Below are positions 28,215 through 37,301 of a stretch of 64,000 bases of DNA, in pieces; position 1 is the first letter of the stretch; every line of letters starts with the position of its first letter. The position numbers and the translations under genes are program-made. The stretch is from Candidatus Omnitrophota bacterium (GTDB lineage: Bacteria > Omnitrophota > Gorgyraeia > JABMRN01 > RBG-13-46-9): positions 1,113,021 to 1,177,020 of the forward strand of contig CP070780.1 of NCBI GenBank assembly GCA_020346285.1. The letters run 5' to 3'. Below the pieces are notes generated by a model. That model ran no database searches. It was not told the DNA's origin and worked only from the letters and a program-made list of their open reading frames with translations.

Positions 28215-29059
28215 AGGTTCTCCTTACGGGGGTCACGGGCTTTATCGGCAGTTATTTTGTTTCTCAATGGAAAAATAACCCTTATGAGATAATTGGCATT
28301 GCCAGGCGTAATGTAAATCCTGATTTGCAGATACCGGTTGTGTATGCTGACCTGGCAGAGGGCGTTTCGTTAAAAGAGCCGGTAGATGTTATTGTCCATG
28401 CAGCAACTCAAGCATACGGACCAGACGTTCCGGCAGAGGCTTACATTCACAGTAATGTCGAAGGAATGCAGAAGCTTATTCAATATGCGCGGGATTTTAA
28501 TGTGCGAAAGTTCATCTATCTATCCAGCATGTCAATCTACGGAAAAATATCCGGTAATGTCGCAGACGAAAATACCCCCATTGTAAATCCCGGTATATAC
28601 GGTTTGAGCAAATATATGGGAGAATTGCTTCTTCGTGATGAAGCAGGGTGGCTAAATTCTGTGGTCTTACGTTTACCGGGCATTTTGGGTAAAAGCGCTA
28701 AAATTTGCTGGCTGGCCAAGGCGGCTAAAAAAATCAAGAGTGGCCAAGAGGTGTGGATATACAATCCGCAGTCGCCTTTTAACGCCACGATTCACGTCGC
28801 AGACCTCGAACGCTTTATTTCTCAGCTTATCGTTACAGAATTTAGCGGTTTTGAGATTGTTACGCTTGGATGCCGCCAGCCTATTACAATACGAGAGACG
28901 GCGGATTCTTTAAAAAAATATTTAAATTCAACCTCCAGGATACGGGTGAAAGACGCCAAGAAGAAGTGTTTCATTATTTCCACGGACAAGGCACGCAGAA
29001 TGAAATATAATCCCAGAACTGTTCGGGAAACTTTACGTGCTTATAGTAAGGAATGTTAA
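28211..29059 (+). CDS. NAD-dependent epimerase/dehydratase (extended SDR)
   Basis: MKVLLTGVTGFIGSYFVSQW is the Rossmann motif. YGLSKYMGE is the YxxxK motif. Confidence 0.8.
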   Translation: MKVLLTGVTGFIGSYFVSQWKNNPYEIIGIARRNVNPDLQIPVVYADLAEGVSLKEPVDVIVHAATQAYGPDVPAEAYIHSNVEGMQKLIQYARDFNVRKFIYLSSMSIYGKISGNVADENTPIVNPGIYGLSKYMGELLLRDEAGWLNSVVLRLPGILGKSAKICWLAKAAKKIKSGQEVWIYNPQSPFNATIHVADLERFISQLIVTEFSGFEIVTLGCRQPITIRETADSLKKYLNSTSRIRVKDAKKKCFIISTDKARRMKYNPRTVRETLRAYSKEC

Positions 29060-29072
29060 GAGGGGGTTTAAT

Positions 29073-29759
29073 ATGCGAGAATTTAATGCGTTAAAGGGTT
29101 ATCCGCAACCGAAAGGGCCGCGTTATGTCGGAGCTGACATCAGAACAATTAAGAGCAGAATTATAGCTTCGTATCGCGATGAACGGTATTATGACGGAGA
29201 CCGCAACCACGGTTATGGAGGGTTTAAATATGACGGCCGATGGAAGAAAATAGCACAATCAATGTTTAAGGATTATGGGTTAACCGAGAACTCGGCCTTA
29301 CTCCAGATAGGGTGTGAAAAAGGGTTTCTCCTGCATGATTTTCATGAGCATTTCCCGAATATGAAAATTAGAGGAGCCGAAATGTCCGATTACGCTATTT
29401 CGCATTCCATGCCGTCGGTAAAAAAATGGATTGTAAAGATGGACAATTATACCAAGCTTCCCTTCGAAAGCGGAGAATTTGATTTTGTCATTGCTATAGG
29501 GGTAGTTTATGCCTTAACCTTAAGGGATGCTATATCTTGTCTTCGCGAAATTCAGAGAGTAGGAAAGGGCAAAAGCTTTATAACCCTGGGCGCTTATAAA
29601 GACGAACGGGGAGAAAAGCTTTTTAAGAGTTGGACGGTATTAGGTGCCACCATACTTCATGTAAATGAGTGGCCCGAGGTTTTAAAGGAAGCCCGTTACA
29701 CGGGCGATTATCACTTTATGACCGACGAATATCTAAATTTGGCAGAGAAAAACGGATGA
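29073..29759 (+). CDS. class I SAM-dependent methyltransferase
   Basis: Motif I is LLQIGCEKGFLLHDF. Motif II-like is EFDFVIAIGVVYAL. I prefer the ATG at 29073 after a GAGGGGG RBS. Confidence 0.7.
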   Translation: MREFNALKGYPQPKGPRYVGADIRTIKSRIIASYRDERYYDGDRNHGYGGFKYDGRWKKIAQSMFKDYGLTENSALLQIGCEKGFLLHDFHEHFPNMKIRGAEMSDYAISHSMPSVKKWIVKMDNYTKLPFESGEFDFVIAIGVVYALTLRDAISCLREIQRVGKGKSFITLGAYKDERGEKLFKSWTVLGATILHVNEWPEVLKEARYTGDYHFMTDEYLNLAEKNG

Positions 29760-30769
29760 AAAATCAGGATTTTTTAATAAAAATATTGGATAATAATAAA
29801 ATATTAAACCTAGAGTTTTATAAGAAATTATTTTTAATCAGAAGGAGTGAAGAGAAGATTATCGAGCTTTATCCTGAAAATGAAATGAGAATGCCAATGC
29901 ATATGTCTATGGGAGGAGAGGCAATAGCAGTTGGGGTTTGTCATGCTTTAGGAATAAAAGGCCAGGTTTTTGGAAGCTACAGATCCCATGCTATATATTT
30001 AGCTAAGACGCAAGATACGAATAATTTTTTTGCTGAGATATATGGAAAAACCACATCTTCATTAAAAGGAAAATGCGGCTCTATGCATTTGTGCGCACCT
30101 GATTTTGGGTTTATGGGAGCTTCAGCAATTGTAGCAAGTATAATTCCTGTAGCCTGTGGAACAGCTTTTGCAAATAAGAGAAAAAATAATGGTAAAATTG
30201 TTAGCGTATTTTTTGGAGATGGGGCCGTTGATGAGGGTAATTTTTGGGAGAGCTTGAATGTTGCCTCTCTTATGAAACTGCCGATTTTATTTGTCTGTGA
30301 AGATAACGCTCTTGCGGTTCATACTCCAAGGCACCAAAGGCAGGGTTATGATTCTATCGTTAGTATTGTCTCTAAGTTTAACTGTAATGTTCTTGAAGAG
30401 AGCACTACCGATACAGAAGTTATTTATAGAAAAACTTGCCAGGCTATTGAGTTAATTAGAACAACCCAGATGCCCTGTTTTTTGTATTTAAGATATTATA
30501 GGTACTTGGAGCATGTTGGTACTAAGGAAGATTTTGATGCCGGCTACCGCTCAAAAGAAGAATTTGAAAAATGGCATAAAAAAGACCCTGTAAATTTACA
30601 GAGGAAAAAGCTTTTAAGATTTGGGATAGAAGAAGAACAGATAAGAAAACTTGAAGTAGAGATAGAAGGTCGCATTGAGAACAGTATAAGGTTAGCCCAA
30701 AAAGCACCCTTCACTGAAATTAGCGAATTACACAGAGATGTCTTTTATGAAGAAAATAAGAAAGATTAG
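29756..30769 (+). CDS. thiamine-diphosphate-dependent dehydrogenase E1 component alpha-subunit homologue
   Basis: MHMSMGGEAIAVGVCHALGIKGQVFGSYRSHAIYLAK...; FFGDGAVDEGNFWESLNVASLMKLPILFVCEDNALAV is the TPP-binding GDG...N motif. The start overlaps the methyltransferase stop (ATGA). Confidence 0.8.
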   Translation: MKNQDFLIKILDNNKILNLEFYKKLFLIRRSEEKIIELYPENEMRMPMHMSMGGEAIAVGVCHALGIKGQVFGSYRSHAIYLAKTQDTNNFFAEIYGKTTSSLKGKCGSMHLCAPDFGFMGASAIVASIIPVACGTAFANKRKNNGKIVSVFFGDGAVDEGNFWESLNVASLMKLPILFVCEDNALAVHTPRHQRQGYDSIVSIVSKFNCNVLEESTTDTEVIYRKTCQAIELIRTTQMPCFLYLRYYRYLEHVGTKEDFDAGYRSKEEFEKWHKKDPVNLQRKKLLRFGIEEEQIRKLEVEIEGRIENSIRLAQKAPFTEISELHRDVFYEENKKD

Positions 30770-31799
30770 TTATTGTCAGGCATTGAATGAAGCAATGCGG
30801 CAGGAAATGGAAAGAGATCCAAATATATTTGTATATGGACTAGGTGTGCCTGACCATAAAAGAGTATTCACAACTACTGCGGGGTTGGTGGAGAAATTTG
30901 GTAAGGAAAGATGTTTTGATACCCCACTGTCTGAAGATACTATGACCGGGTTCGGATTGGGCGCGGCCATTAGCGGAATGAGGCCTATTCATATCCATAT
31001 GCGAGTTGATTTTCTTCTTCTAGCAGTAAATCAGCTTGCTAATATGGTTTCTAATTACAGATATGCAACAGCGGGGAAATTAAGAGTCCCTTTGCTAATA
31101 AGGGCTGTTGTGGGCAGGGGACGGGGACAATCTTTTCAGCATAGTAAGACTATGCATTCTATCTTTGCGCACATCCCTGGATTAAAAGTTGTTTTGCCCA
31201 CTACTCCCAGGGATGCCAAAGGGCTACTTATAGCAGCTATCAGGGATGAGAATCCAGTAATTTTTATAGAACATAGATGGTTATATTTTGCGGTTGACGA
31301 AGTTCCAGAACTACCATATACCATCCCTTTGGAAGAAGCTAATATTCTGCGTTCAGGCAGAGATGTTACAGTGGTGGCAACTTCGTGGATGAATGTAGAG
31401 GCCTTAAAAGCTGCACAGGTTCTTGAACGAAAGCACAAGATAAGCGTAGAAGTGATCGACGCCAGAATAGTAGCTCCCTTCAATGATAAGCTTATTGTTC
31501 ACTCCGTCAATAAGACAGGACATTGTATTGTGGCGGACAATGATTGGCTTGATTGCGGATTTAGTGCAGAAGTAGCTGCTCGAGTTTCAGAGAAGTGTTT
31601 CAGTCAATTAAAATCCCCTGTGCAGCGAATAGGATTTGCTCCCACTCCCTGCCCTTGCACAAAGTCTTTGGAGAATTGTTTTTATCCAAACGCAATTGAC
31701 ATTATAAAAACTATAGAATCAAAGTTAAACTTGGAAGAGGCAGATTTGTCTAATGAAGACTTTTATGGCTTTGAAAATAAGTTCAACGGTCCTTTTTAA
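30738..31799 (+). CDS. thiamine-diphosphate-dependent dehydrogenase E1 component beta-subunit homologue
   Basis: Transketolase-like Pyr domain (GFGLGAAISGMRPIHIHMRVDFLLLAVNQLANMVSNYRYATAGKLRVPLLIRAVVGRGRGQSFQHSKTMHSIFAHIPGLKVVLPTTPRDAKGLLIAAIRDENPVIFIEH) plus a C-terminal domain. Confidence 0.8.
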   Translation: MSFMKKIRKISYCQALNEAMRQEMERDPNIFVYGLGVPDHKRVFTTTAGLVEKFGKERCFDTPLSEDTMTGFGLGAAISGMRPIHIHMRVDFLLLAVNQLANMVSNYRYATAGKLRVPLLIRAVVGRGRGQSFQHSKTMHSIFAHIPGLKVVLPTTPRDAKGLLIAAIRDENPVIFIEHRWLYFAVDEVPELPYTIPLEEANILRSGRDVTVVATSWMNVEALKAAQVLERKHKISVEVIDARIVAPFNDKLIVHSVNKTGHCIVADNDWLDCGFSAEVAARVSEKCFSQLKSPVQRIGFAPTPCPCTKSLENCFYPNAIDIIKTIESKLNLEEADLSNEDFYGFENKFNGPF

Positions 31800-31832
31800 G
31801 TGGTAGTTGCGTTATAAAATTTTGAGGTGGTT

Positions 31833-32612
31833 ATGAATTTTGGTATTAGCGATAAAAGGGTTTTAGTCGTAGGAACCGGCAAGGGCATCGGGGGGGCTGT
31901 TGCAAGGGCTTTTGCGGCTGAAGGTTGCAGGGTGTCAATGGTAGCCCGTAATCCAGACACGCTAAAACAGCTTCTTGAGGAGATGGGTGGTCTTGAGAAA
32001 GGCCACAGGTTCCTGACGGCAGATTTGCTGGAAGCTGGTGCACCGACAAGAGTTGTAAAAGAGTTTTCGAGCGCGGATGGCCCATTTGATATAGTCGTCC
32101 ATAATGTAGGGGGCGCAATAACGCTTAAAGATCCTCTTGGTCCGGTTGAAGACTGGATGCGCGTATGGCGGTTTAATGTTGGCATCGCCATTGAGATGAA
32201 TGCCCTTTTGGTGCCACCCATGCGGAAACAAGGCTGGGGGCGGGTCATTCACATTTCGTCAATTTCCGCAGAGTTAGGAGAGCCGCGGCTGCATCCTTAT
32301 GGGGGTGCGCTTTCCTATGCGGCGGCAAAAGCATATCTCAACGTATATGTAAGGGGATTAGGCCGCGAAGTAGCAAAGGAAAATGTTATAGTTACTGCAT
32401 TGATGCCCGGACCGATTCTTTCCGAAGGAAAATACGTGGATAAGCTCCGTAAGACGAATCCTGAACTTATGAATAACTTCTTACGTCAACACTGCCCGAT
32501 CGGACGTTTCGGGATGCCTGAAGAGATTGCACCTTTCGCAGTCTTCATGGCCTCGGAGCAAGCCTCTTATGCCAGTGGTTCCATTGTACCGATCGACGGT
32601 GGAAGAATATGA
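31833..32612 (+). CDS. short-chain dehydrogenase/reductase (classical SDR)
   Basis: KRVLVVGTGKGIGGAVARAFAAEGCRVSMVARN is the TGxxxGxG motif. YGGALSYAAAKAY is the YxxxK motif. The C-terminus is YASGSIVPIDGG. Local GC is higher than in the flanks. I prefer the ATG at 31833 (GAGGTGG RBS). Confidence 0.85.
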   Translation: MNFGISDKRVLVVGTGKGIGGAVARAFAAEGCRVSMVARNPDTLKQLLEEMGGLEKGHRFLTADLLEAGAPTRVVKEFSSADGPFDIVVHNVGGAITLKDPLGPVEDWMRVWRFNVGIAIEMNALLVPPMRKQGWGRVIHISSISAELGEPRLHPYGGALSYAAAKAYLNVYVRGLGREVAKENVIVTALMPGPILSEGKYVDKLRKTNPELMNNFLRQHCPIGRFGMPEEIAPFAVFMASEQASYASGSIVPIDGGRI

Positions 32613-32630
32613 TAGTGTGGAAGAAAAAGC

Positions 32631-33848
32631 ATGGGAATATTGTCAAAAATCACTGATCTACTTTTAGGACAGCCGATGTTCAATCTTCTCCAGAAAGCTC
32701 AAAAAATGGAGATATCCGGAAGAAGAATCATTCACTATGAGATAGGCGATCCGAGCTTTGACTCTCCTCCCCATGCTATTGAAGCGGCAAAAGAAGCTCT
32801 CGACGCAAACTTAACGCATTATACAAGTTCCATGGGGCTTTTCGAATATAGAGAAGCGATTAGAGAATACACAAAGGCCAACTCTGGTTTTAAACCCTCC
32901 ATAGATCAGGTTCTGGCCTGCCCTGCTAATGCTGTGATTGATTTTGTTATACGCTGCACAGCTAATCCTGGCGAGGAGGTTATTTATCCCGACCCAGGTT
33001 TTCCTACTTATTATTCTGCTATTACTTATAATAAGGCGATACCAGTAGGTATTTTATTAAAGGAAGAGAATATGTTTCGGATGAGCCCTCGAGATGTCCA
33101 CGATAAAATAACCGATAAGACTAGATTAATTATCATTAACAGCCCCCAAAATCCTACAGGTGCTGTTTTGAAAGAAGAGGAGATTCTTGAATTTGCCAGA
33201 ATCGCGGAGGAACATGATATTTACCTCTTAAGCGATGAGGTCTATGCAAAGCTTACTTATGATAAAGCTCATTATTCGCCGAGCGTAAGAGATCAATGTA
33301 AGGCAAGAACCATTATTTTAAACAGTCTTTCGAAACAATATTCGATGGCGGGCTGGCGCTTGGGTTATGCTATCGGCCCTGAGAAACTAATAGAAAAAAT
33401 GGGATTACTTCTGCAAACAATAATCTCGTGTCTACCGGCCTTTACACAACTTGGAGGCAGGGCTGCGCTTCTGGGCAATCAAGAGTTTATGGATGCCAGG
33501 ATTGCCATGTTGAGAGAAAGGCGCGATATATTAACCGAAGGGCTTAATAAACTTCCCGGGGTCTCATGCGTTGTACCGGATGGGGCATTTTATGTTTTCG
33601 CCAATATAAGTAAAACTGGGATAACTTCAGAGGAATATTCAGAGAAACTTTTGCAAGAGACCGGTGTCTGTGTACTAGCCGGTAATTATTTTGGAAAAGG
33701 CGGAAGTGGATACATTAGATTATGTTATGCCAGTTCGCCGATCAGCCTTATTGAAGAAACGCTTGAGAAGATGAAAGAATTCCATGAAAAAATTGTTTGT
33801 AATTCTGGATTAGTTTGTTCTGGAGGGGAAAATGCAAAGACTTACTGA
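32631..33848 (+). CDS. class I/II (aspartate-aminotransferase-fold) PLP-dependent aminotransferase
   Basis: IIHYEIGDPSFDSPPHAIEAAKEALDANLTHYTSSMGLFEYREAI...; SLSKQYSMAGWRLGYAIGP is the Lys-containing SxSK..(A/G)..G.R.G motif. Confidence 0.8.
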   Translation: MGILSKITDLLLGQPMFNLLQKAQKMEISGRRIIHYEIGDPSFDSPPHAIEAAKEALDANLTHYTSSMGLFEYREAIREYTKANSGFKPSIDQVLACPANAVIDFVIRCTANPGEEVIYPDPGFPTYYSAITYNKAIPVGILLKEENMFRMSPRDVHDKITDKTRLIIINSPQNPTGAVLKEEEILEFARIAEEHDIYLLSDEVYAKLTYDKAHYSPSVRDQCKARTIILNSLSKQYSMAGWRLGYAIGPEKLIEKMGLLLQTIISCLPAFTQLGGRAALLGNQEFMDARIAMLRERRDILTEGLNKLPGVSCVVPDGAFYVFANISKTGITSEEYSEKLLQETGVCVLAGNYFGKGGSGYIRLCYASSPISLIEETLEKMKEFHEKIVCNSGLVCSGGENAKTY

Positions 33849-35520
33849 TTATATCGCTCAATTTCTTATCGGTCAAGGCGTTAGAGATATTTTTATGCTT
33901 ACGGGCTATGGTGCAATGTATCTCAACGATGCTATTGCCCTATCGGGTATTAACTATTATGCTTCTCGAAATGAAGCAGCAGCCCCTATGATGGCTGAGG
34001 CCTATGCTCGTGTGAAACAATCGTTGGGGGCAGTATGCGTAACAGCAGGCCCGGGAGCAACAAATGCGGTATCAGGCTTAGCGGAGGCTTGGGTTGATTC
34101 AGCTCCGATAATAGTATTTTCAGGACAAGTTACAAGGAGGCACACTACCCATAACGCCAATGTTCCAGGCCTTAGGACTTTTGGAACGGCTGAGATTAAT
34201 ATTGTACCGATTGTAAAAAACCTAACCAAATATGCCGCTGTCATCGACGAACCCACGTCGGTGCGTTATCATCTCGAAAAAGCCGTTTATTATGCTACCA
34301 CAGGTCGTCCCGGCCCGGTATGGCTGGATATTCCATTAGATGTCCAACAGGCATTAATTGATCCAAGCAGTTTAGATGGTTTTATACCGCCTAAAGAACG
34401 ATGGTTTAATACGAATCTGACCGCTGCTACTAATTCTGTTATTAAGTTGCTTTTACGCGCTAAACGCCCTGTCCTTGTATGTGGTCATGGTATTCGCCAG
34501 GGGGGTGCAATTTCTGAGTGGCGGAACTTAGTTGATTTGCTCAATATGCCAGTTATATTTTCACGCTTGGGCCTGGATTTGATGCCACATTCTCACCCGA
34601 ACGTATTTGGAATGGCGGGAATTAAGGGTTCACGTTACTGTAAGTTCCTCATGAATGAGGCGGACTTGGTGATTTCGTTAGGGTCTCGCCTTGCTGTACC
34701 CTTTGTAGGTCATGACTTAGAGGCTTTTGCGCCCGGCGCAAAGATAGTGATGGTAGATATTGATAAAGCTGAGTTAAGCAAGCCAGGCGTCCATATTGAT
34801 TTACCTATTCATGCGGACATAAAACCATTTACCCAGGAATTACTCAAGGCCATTGATAACGAAAAACTACCAGACTGGGGAGGGTGGATTGAGTCTTGTC
34901 GAGAACTCACTCGGAAGTGCCCCATATTATCAGCATCTCAAAAACGAAATCCAATCGACTTATACTATTTTATGTCACGGATTGATGCGCTTTCCCAAAA
35001 ACATCACATTCTGGTGACAGATGCCGGTTCCAATTATTATGTAGGAGGCCAGGTATGGCGATTCGAGAATGCTCGGCGTGAGATTACTTCATCTGCTTAT
35101 GCCGCCATGGGCTTGAGTATTCCACTTGCGATAGGTGCAAGCATCGCAGATAAAAAAAGCCAAGTCCTGGCTATTACAGGAGATGGTTCGTTAGAGTTAA
35201 ATATCCAAGAGCTTAAGACCCTATCCCATTATAATTTGAACATCAAACTGTTTGTTATTAATAACGGCGGCTATGTCTCAATGAGAAATTGGCAGGATAC
35301 TGTCTTTGAGGGGCGCCGTATCGACACGGAAGCAACGACCGGCGCCGGAACTTTAAATCTTAGGAAAGTAGCCGAGGCCTTCAATCTCGATTATTTAAAA
35401 ATTGAGAAACATGAAGAGATCGATGAAAAGTTGAAACAAGTGATGAGCAATGATTCTCCTATATTTGTAGAAGTAATTACTGATTATAACCAGAAAATAT
35501 TAGAGCCTTTCGATAGATAA
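33832..35520 (+). CDS. thiamine-diphosphate enzyme, acetolactate-synthase large-subunit-like (second copy)
   Basis: AAPMMAEAYARVKQSLGAVCVTAGPGATNAVSGLAEAWVDSAPIIVFSGQV; the C-terminal PP domain reads ITGDGSLELNIQELKT. It overlaps the upstream aminotransferase by 17 nt. Confidence 0.85.
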   Translation: MQRLTDYIAQFLIGQGVRDIFMLTGYGAMYLNDAIALSGINYYASRNEAAAPMMAEAYARVKQSLGAVCVTAGPGATNAVSGLAEAWVDSAPIIVFSGQVTRRHTTHNANVPGLRTFGTAEINIVPIVKNLTKYAAVIDEPTSVRYHLEKAVYYATTGRPGPVWLDIPLDVQQALIDPSSLDGFIPPKERWFNTNLTAATNSVIKLLLRAKRPVLVCGHGIRQGGAISEWRNLVDLLNMPVIFSRLGLDLMPHSHPNVFGMAGIKGSRYCKFLMNEADLVISLGSRLAVPFVGHDLEAFAPGAKIVMVDIDKAELSKPGVHIDLPIHADIKPFTQELLKAIDNEKLPDWGGWIESCRELTRKCPILSASQKRNPIDLYYFMSRIDALSQKHHILVTDAGSNYYVGGQVWRFENARREITSSAYAAMGLSIPLAIGASIADKKSQVLAITGDGSLELNIQELKTLSHYNLNIKLFVINNGGYVSMRNWQDTVFEGRRIDTEATTGAGTLNLRKVAEAFNLDYLKIEKHEEIDEKLKQVMSNDSPIFVEVITDYNQKILEPFDR

Positions 35521-35540
35521 CAAAATAGAGGAATTTCCCG

Positions 35541-36368
35541 ATGCAAGAAAAAGTGCAAATGCTAAAGAAAAAAGCAAGGTGGGTGCGAACCAAGGTTCTA
35601 AATACCATAGCCAGACTAAGAAAGGGTCATCTCGGAGGTACCTTATCCTGTACGGACCTTTTGGTGGCCTTATATTACGGGAAAATCATGAGATTCGATG
35701 CTGCTAATCCAAATTGGAGCGAAAGAGACAGATTTCTTATAGGGAAAGGGCATGCCCATCTTGCCTTATATTATATATGGACTGACCTCGGATTTTTTGA
35801 TGTTCGCAAATTAGAAGAATATGGAACCGACGGTAGCTCATTAGGTTTTCAACTCGATCGTAACATTCCGGGTTCAGAATATAATACAGGTTCATTAGGA
35901 CATGTGATTGGAATCGGAGCTGGAATGGCATTAGCCGCAAAGATGGATCGCAAGGCCTATAAGACCATTGTTCTTGTCGGTGATGGGGAATGTGATGAAG
36001 GTTCTATCTGGGAAGCGGTCATGTTTGCGAGCCGATATCGATTGAATAATTTAATGACCATTGTTGATAGAAATCAGGCAACAGTCATTGAAAATAGAGT
36101 GGAAGACGATGGTTCCGGGAGATTAGAGGAAAAGTTCAAAATGTGCGGTTGGGAGTCTATAACTATCAACGGGCACTCCTTTGAGCAGATACTGTCCGCT
36201 TTCACTGGATTGGAAAAATTCAATAGGCCCCTGGCGATAATTGCCGATACGGTGAAGGGTAAAGGGGCCTCTTTTTTGGAGCAAGGGGCTAAATGGCACC
36301 ATTTGGTTCCTTCTGCAGAAGAATTTGATAGGGTAATTAGGGAGTTTGAATTGGAGGCTGAAACGTGA
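35541..36368 (+). CDS. transketolase, N-terminal (TPP-binding) subunit of a split transketolase
   Basis: HLGGTLSCTDLLVALYY...; GSLGHVIGIGAGMALAAKMDRKAYKTIVLVGDGECDEGSIWEA is the GDG...E TPP motif. It is 275 aa. Confidence 0.85.
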   Translation: MQEKVQMLKKKARWVRTKVLNTIARLRKGHLGGTLSCTDLLVALYYGKIMRFDAANPNWSERDRFLIGKGHAHLALYYIWTDLGFFDVRKLEEYGTDGSSLGFQLDRNIPGSEYNTGSLGHVIGIGAGMALAAKMDRKAYKTIVLVGDGECDEGSIWEAVMFASRYRLNNLMTIVDRNQATVIENRVEDDGSGRLEEKFKMCGWESITINGHSFEQILSAFTGLEKFNRPLAIIADTVKGKGASFLEQGAKWHHLVPSAEEFDRVIREFELEAET

Positions 36369-37300
36369 AAAATGCAATTGATTTTAGAAATGCTTTTTTT
36401 GATAACTTATATGACATAGCTATAAAAAATAAGGAGGTTGTTTTCATAACATCTGATATGCCTGCAGAAAGCCTCGTCAAATACAATAAGGATTTCCCTG
36501 ACCGATTCATTAATAGCAGGGTTGCTGAACAGAACACGGTGAGTGTAGCAGCGGGGCTTGCACTAAGCGGAAAAAAAGTTTTCATTTATGGTATGTTACC
36601 TTTTGTAACAATGCGTTGTTATGAACAGATTAAGGTTGATATTTGTAGTATGAATTTACCCGTTACTCTTATAGGGCTGGGAGCAGGATTATCCTTTGAT
36701 GTGGATGGGCCAACCGCCCATGGAGTTATTGACATTGCTATTATGCGCTCACTACCTGAAATGACCATTCTCAATCCTTCCGACCCTATTACGGCATCTG
36801 CCTTTGCAGAAACTGCATACAGTAGTTGCACTCCCACCTATATTCGGCTGCACAAAGGTAGAACCCCATCTATTTATGATAATGCTACAGATTTCTCAGA
36901 TGGATTCTCTATACTTAAAAATGGCGATGATCTTTGTATTATTACAACAGGGGTCATGCTGCATACTGCTCTTCGCATAAGAGATGAACTAAAAAGGTAT
37001 TCTCTTGATGCGGGTGTTATTGATTTATATCAATTGAAACCAATTAAAGAAGACTTGTTCCTTAAAGCGTTAACTAACCATAAAAAAATAGTGACCATTG
37101 AAGAGCATTCACTTATTGGGGGACTTGGCAGTATCATCAGTGAAATCATAACCGACAATCAGCGGCCGATTTCACTCAAGCGCATTGCACTTAAAGATGA
37201 ACAGTGTTTTCATTATGGTAAGAGAGAGTGGCTACGCGAGGTGTATAAAGTTGATGCAGATAGTATTGTTAAGCAAATTATAGCATGGGAGAAGAAGTAG
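36365..37300 (+). CDS. transketolase, C-terminal (Pyr + C-terminal domain) subunit
   Basis: FITSDMPAESLVKYNKDFPDRFINSRVAEQNTVSVAAGLALSGKKVFIYGM... It is 311 aa and overlaps the N-terminal subunit by 4 nt. Confidence 0.85.
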   Translation: MKNAIDFRNAFFDNLYDIAIKNKEVVFITSDMPAESLVKYNKDFPDRFINSRVAEQNTVSVAAGLALSGKKVFIYGMLPFVTMRCYEQIKVDICSMNLPVTLIGLGAGLSFDVDGPTAHGVIDIAIMRSLPEMTILNPSDPITASAFAETAYSSCTPTYIRLHKGRTPSIYDNATDFSDGFSILKNGDDLCIITTGVMLHTALRIRDELKRYSLDAGVIDLYQLKPIKEDLFLKALTNHKKIVTIEEHSLIGGLGSIISEIITDNQRPISLKRIALKDEQCFHYGKREWLREVYKVDADSIVKQIIAWEKK

Positions 37301-37301
37301 C

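Noticed and set aside
29756-31799. E1 alpha/beta as a pyruvate or acetoin dehydrogenase complex.
   Set aside because: No E2 (lipoyl acyltransferase) or E3 is in the operon. AviB1/AviB2-type sugar branching is the better contextual fit, although this is unproven.
25780-35520. ALS-like genes as ilvB/ilvG of branched-chain amino-acid biosynthesis.
   Set aside because: No ilvN small subunit, ilvC, ilvD or leu genes are nearby. The context is sugar modification, and YerE-type carboligases are precedents.
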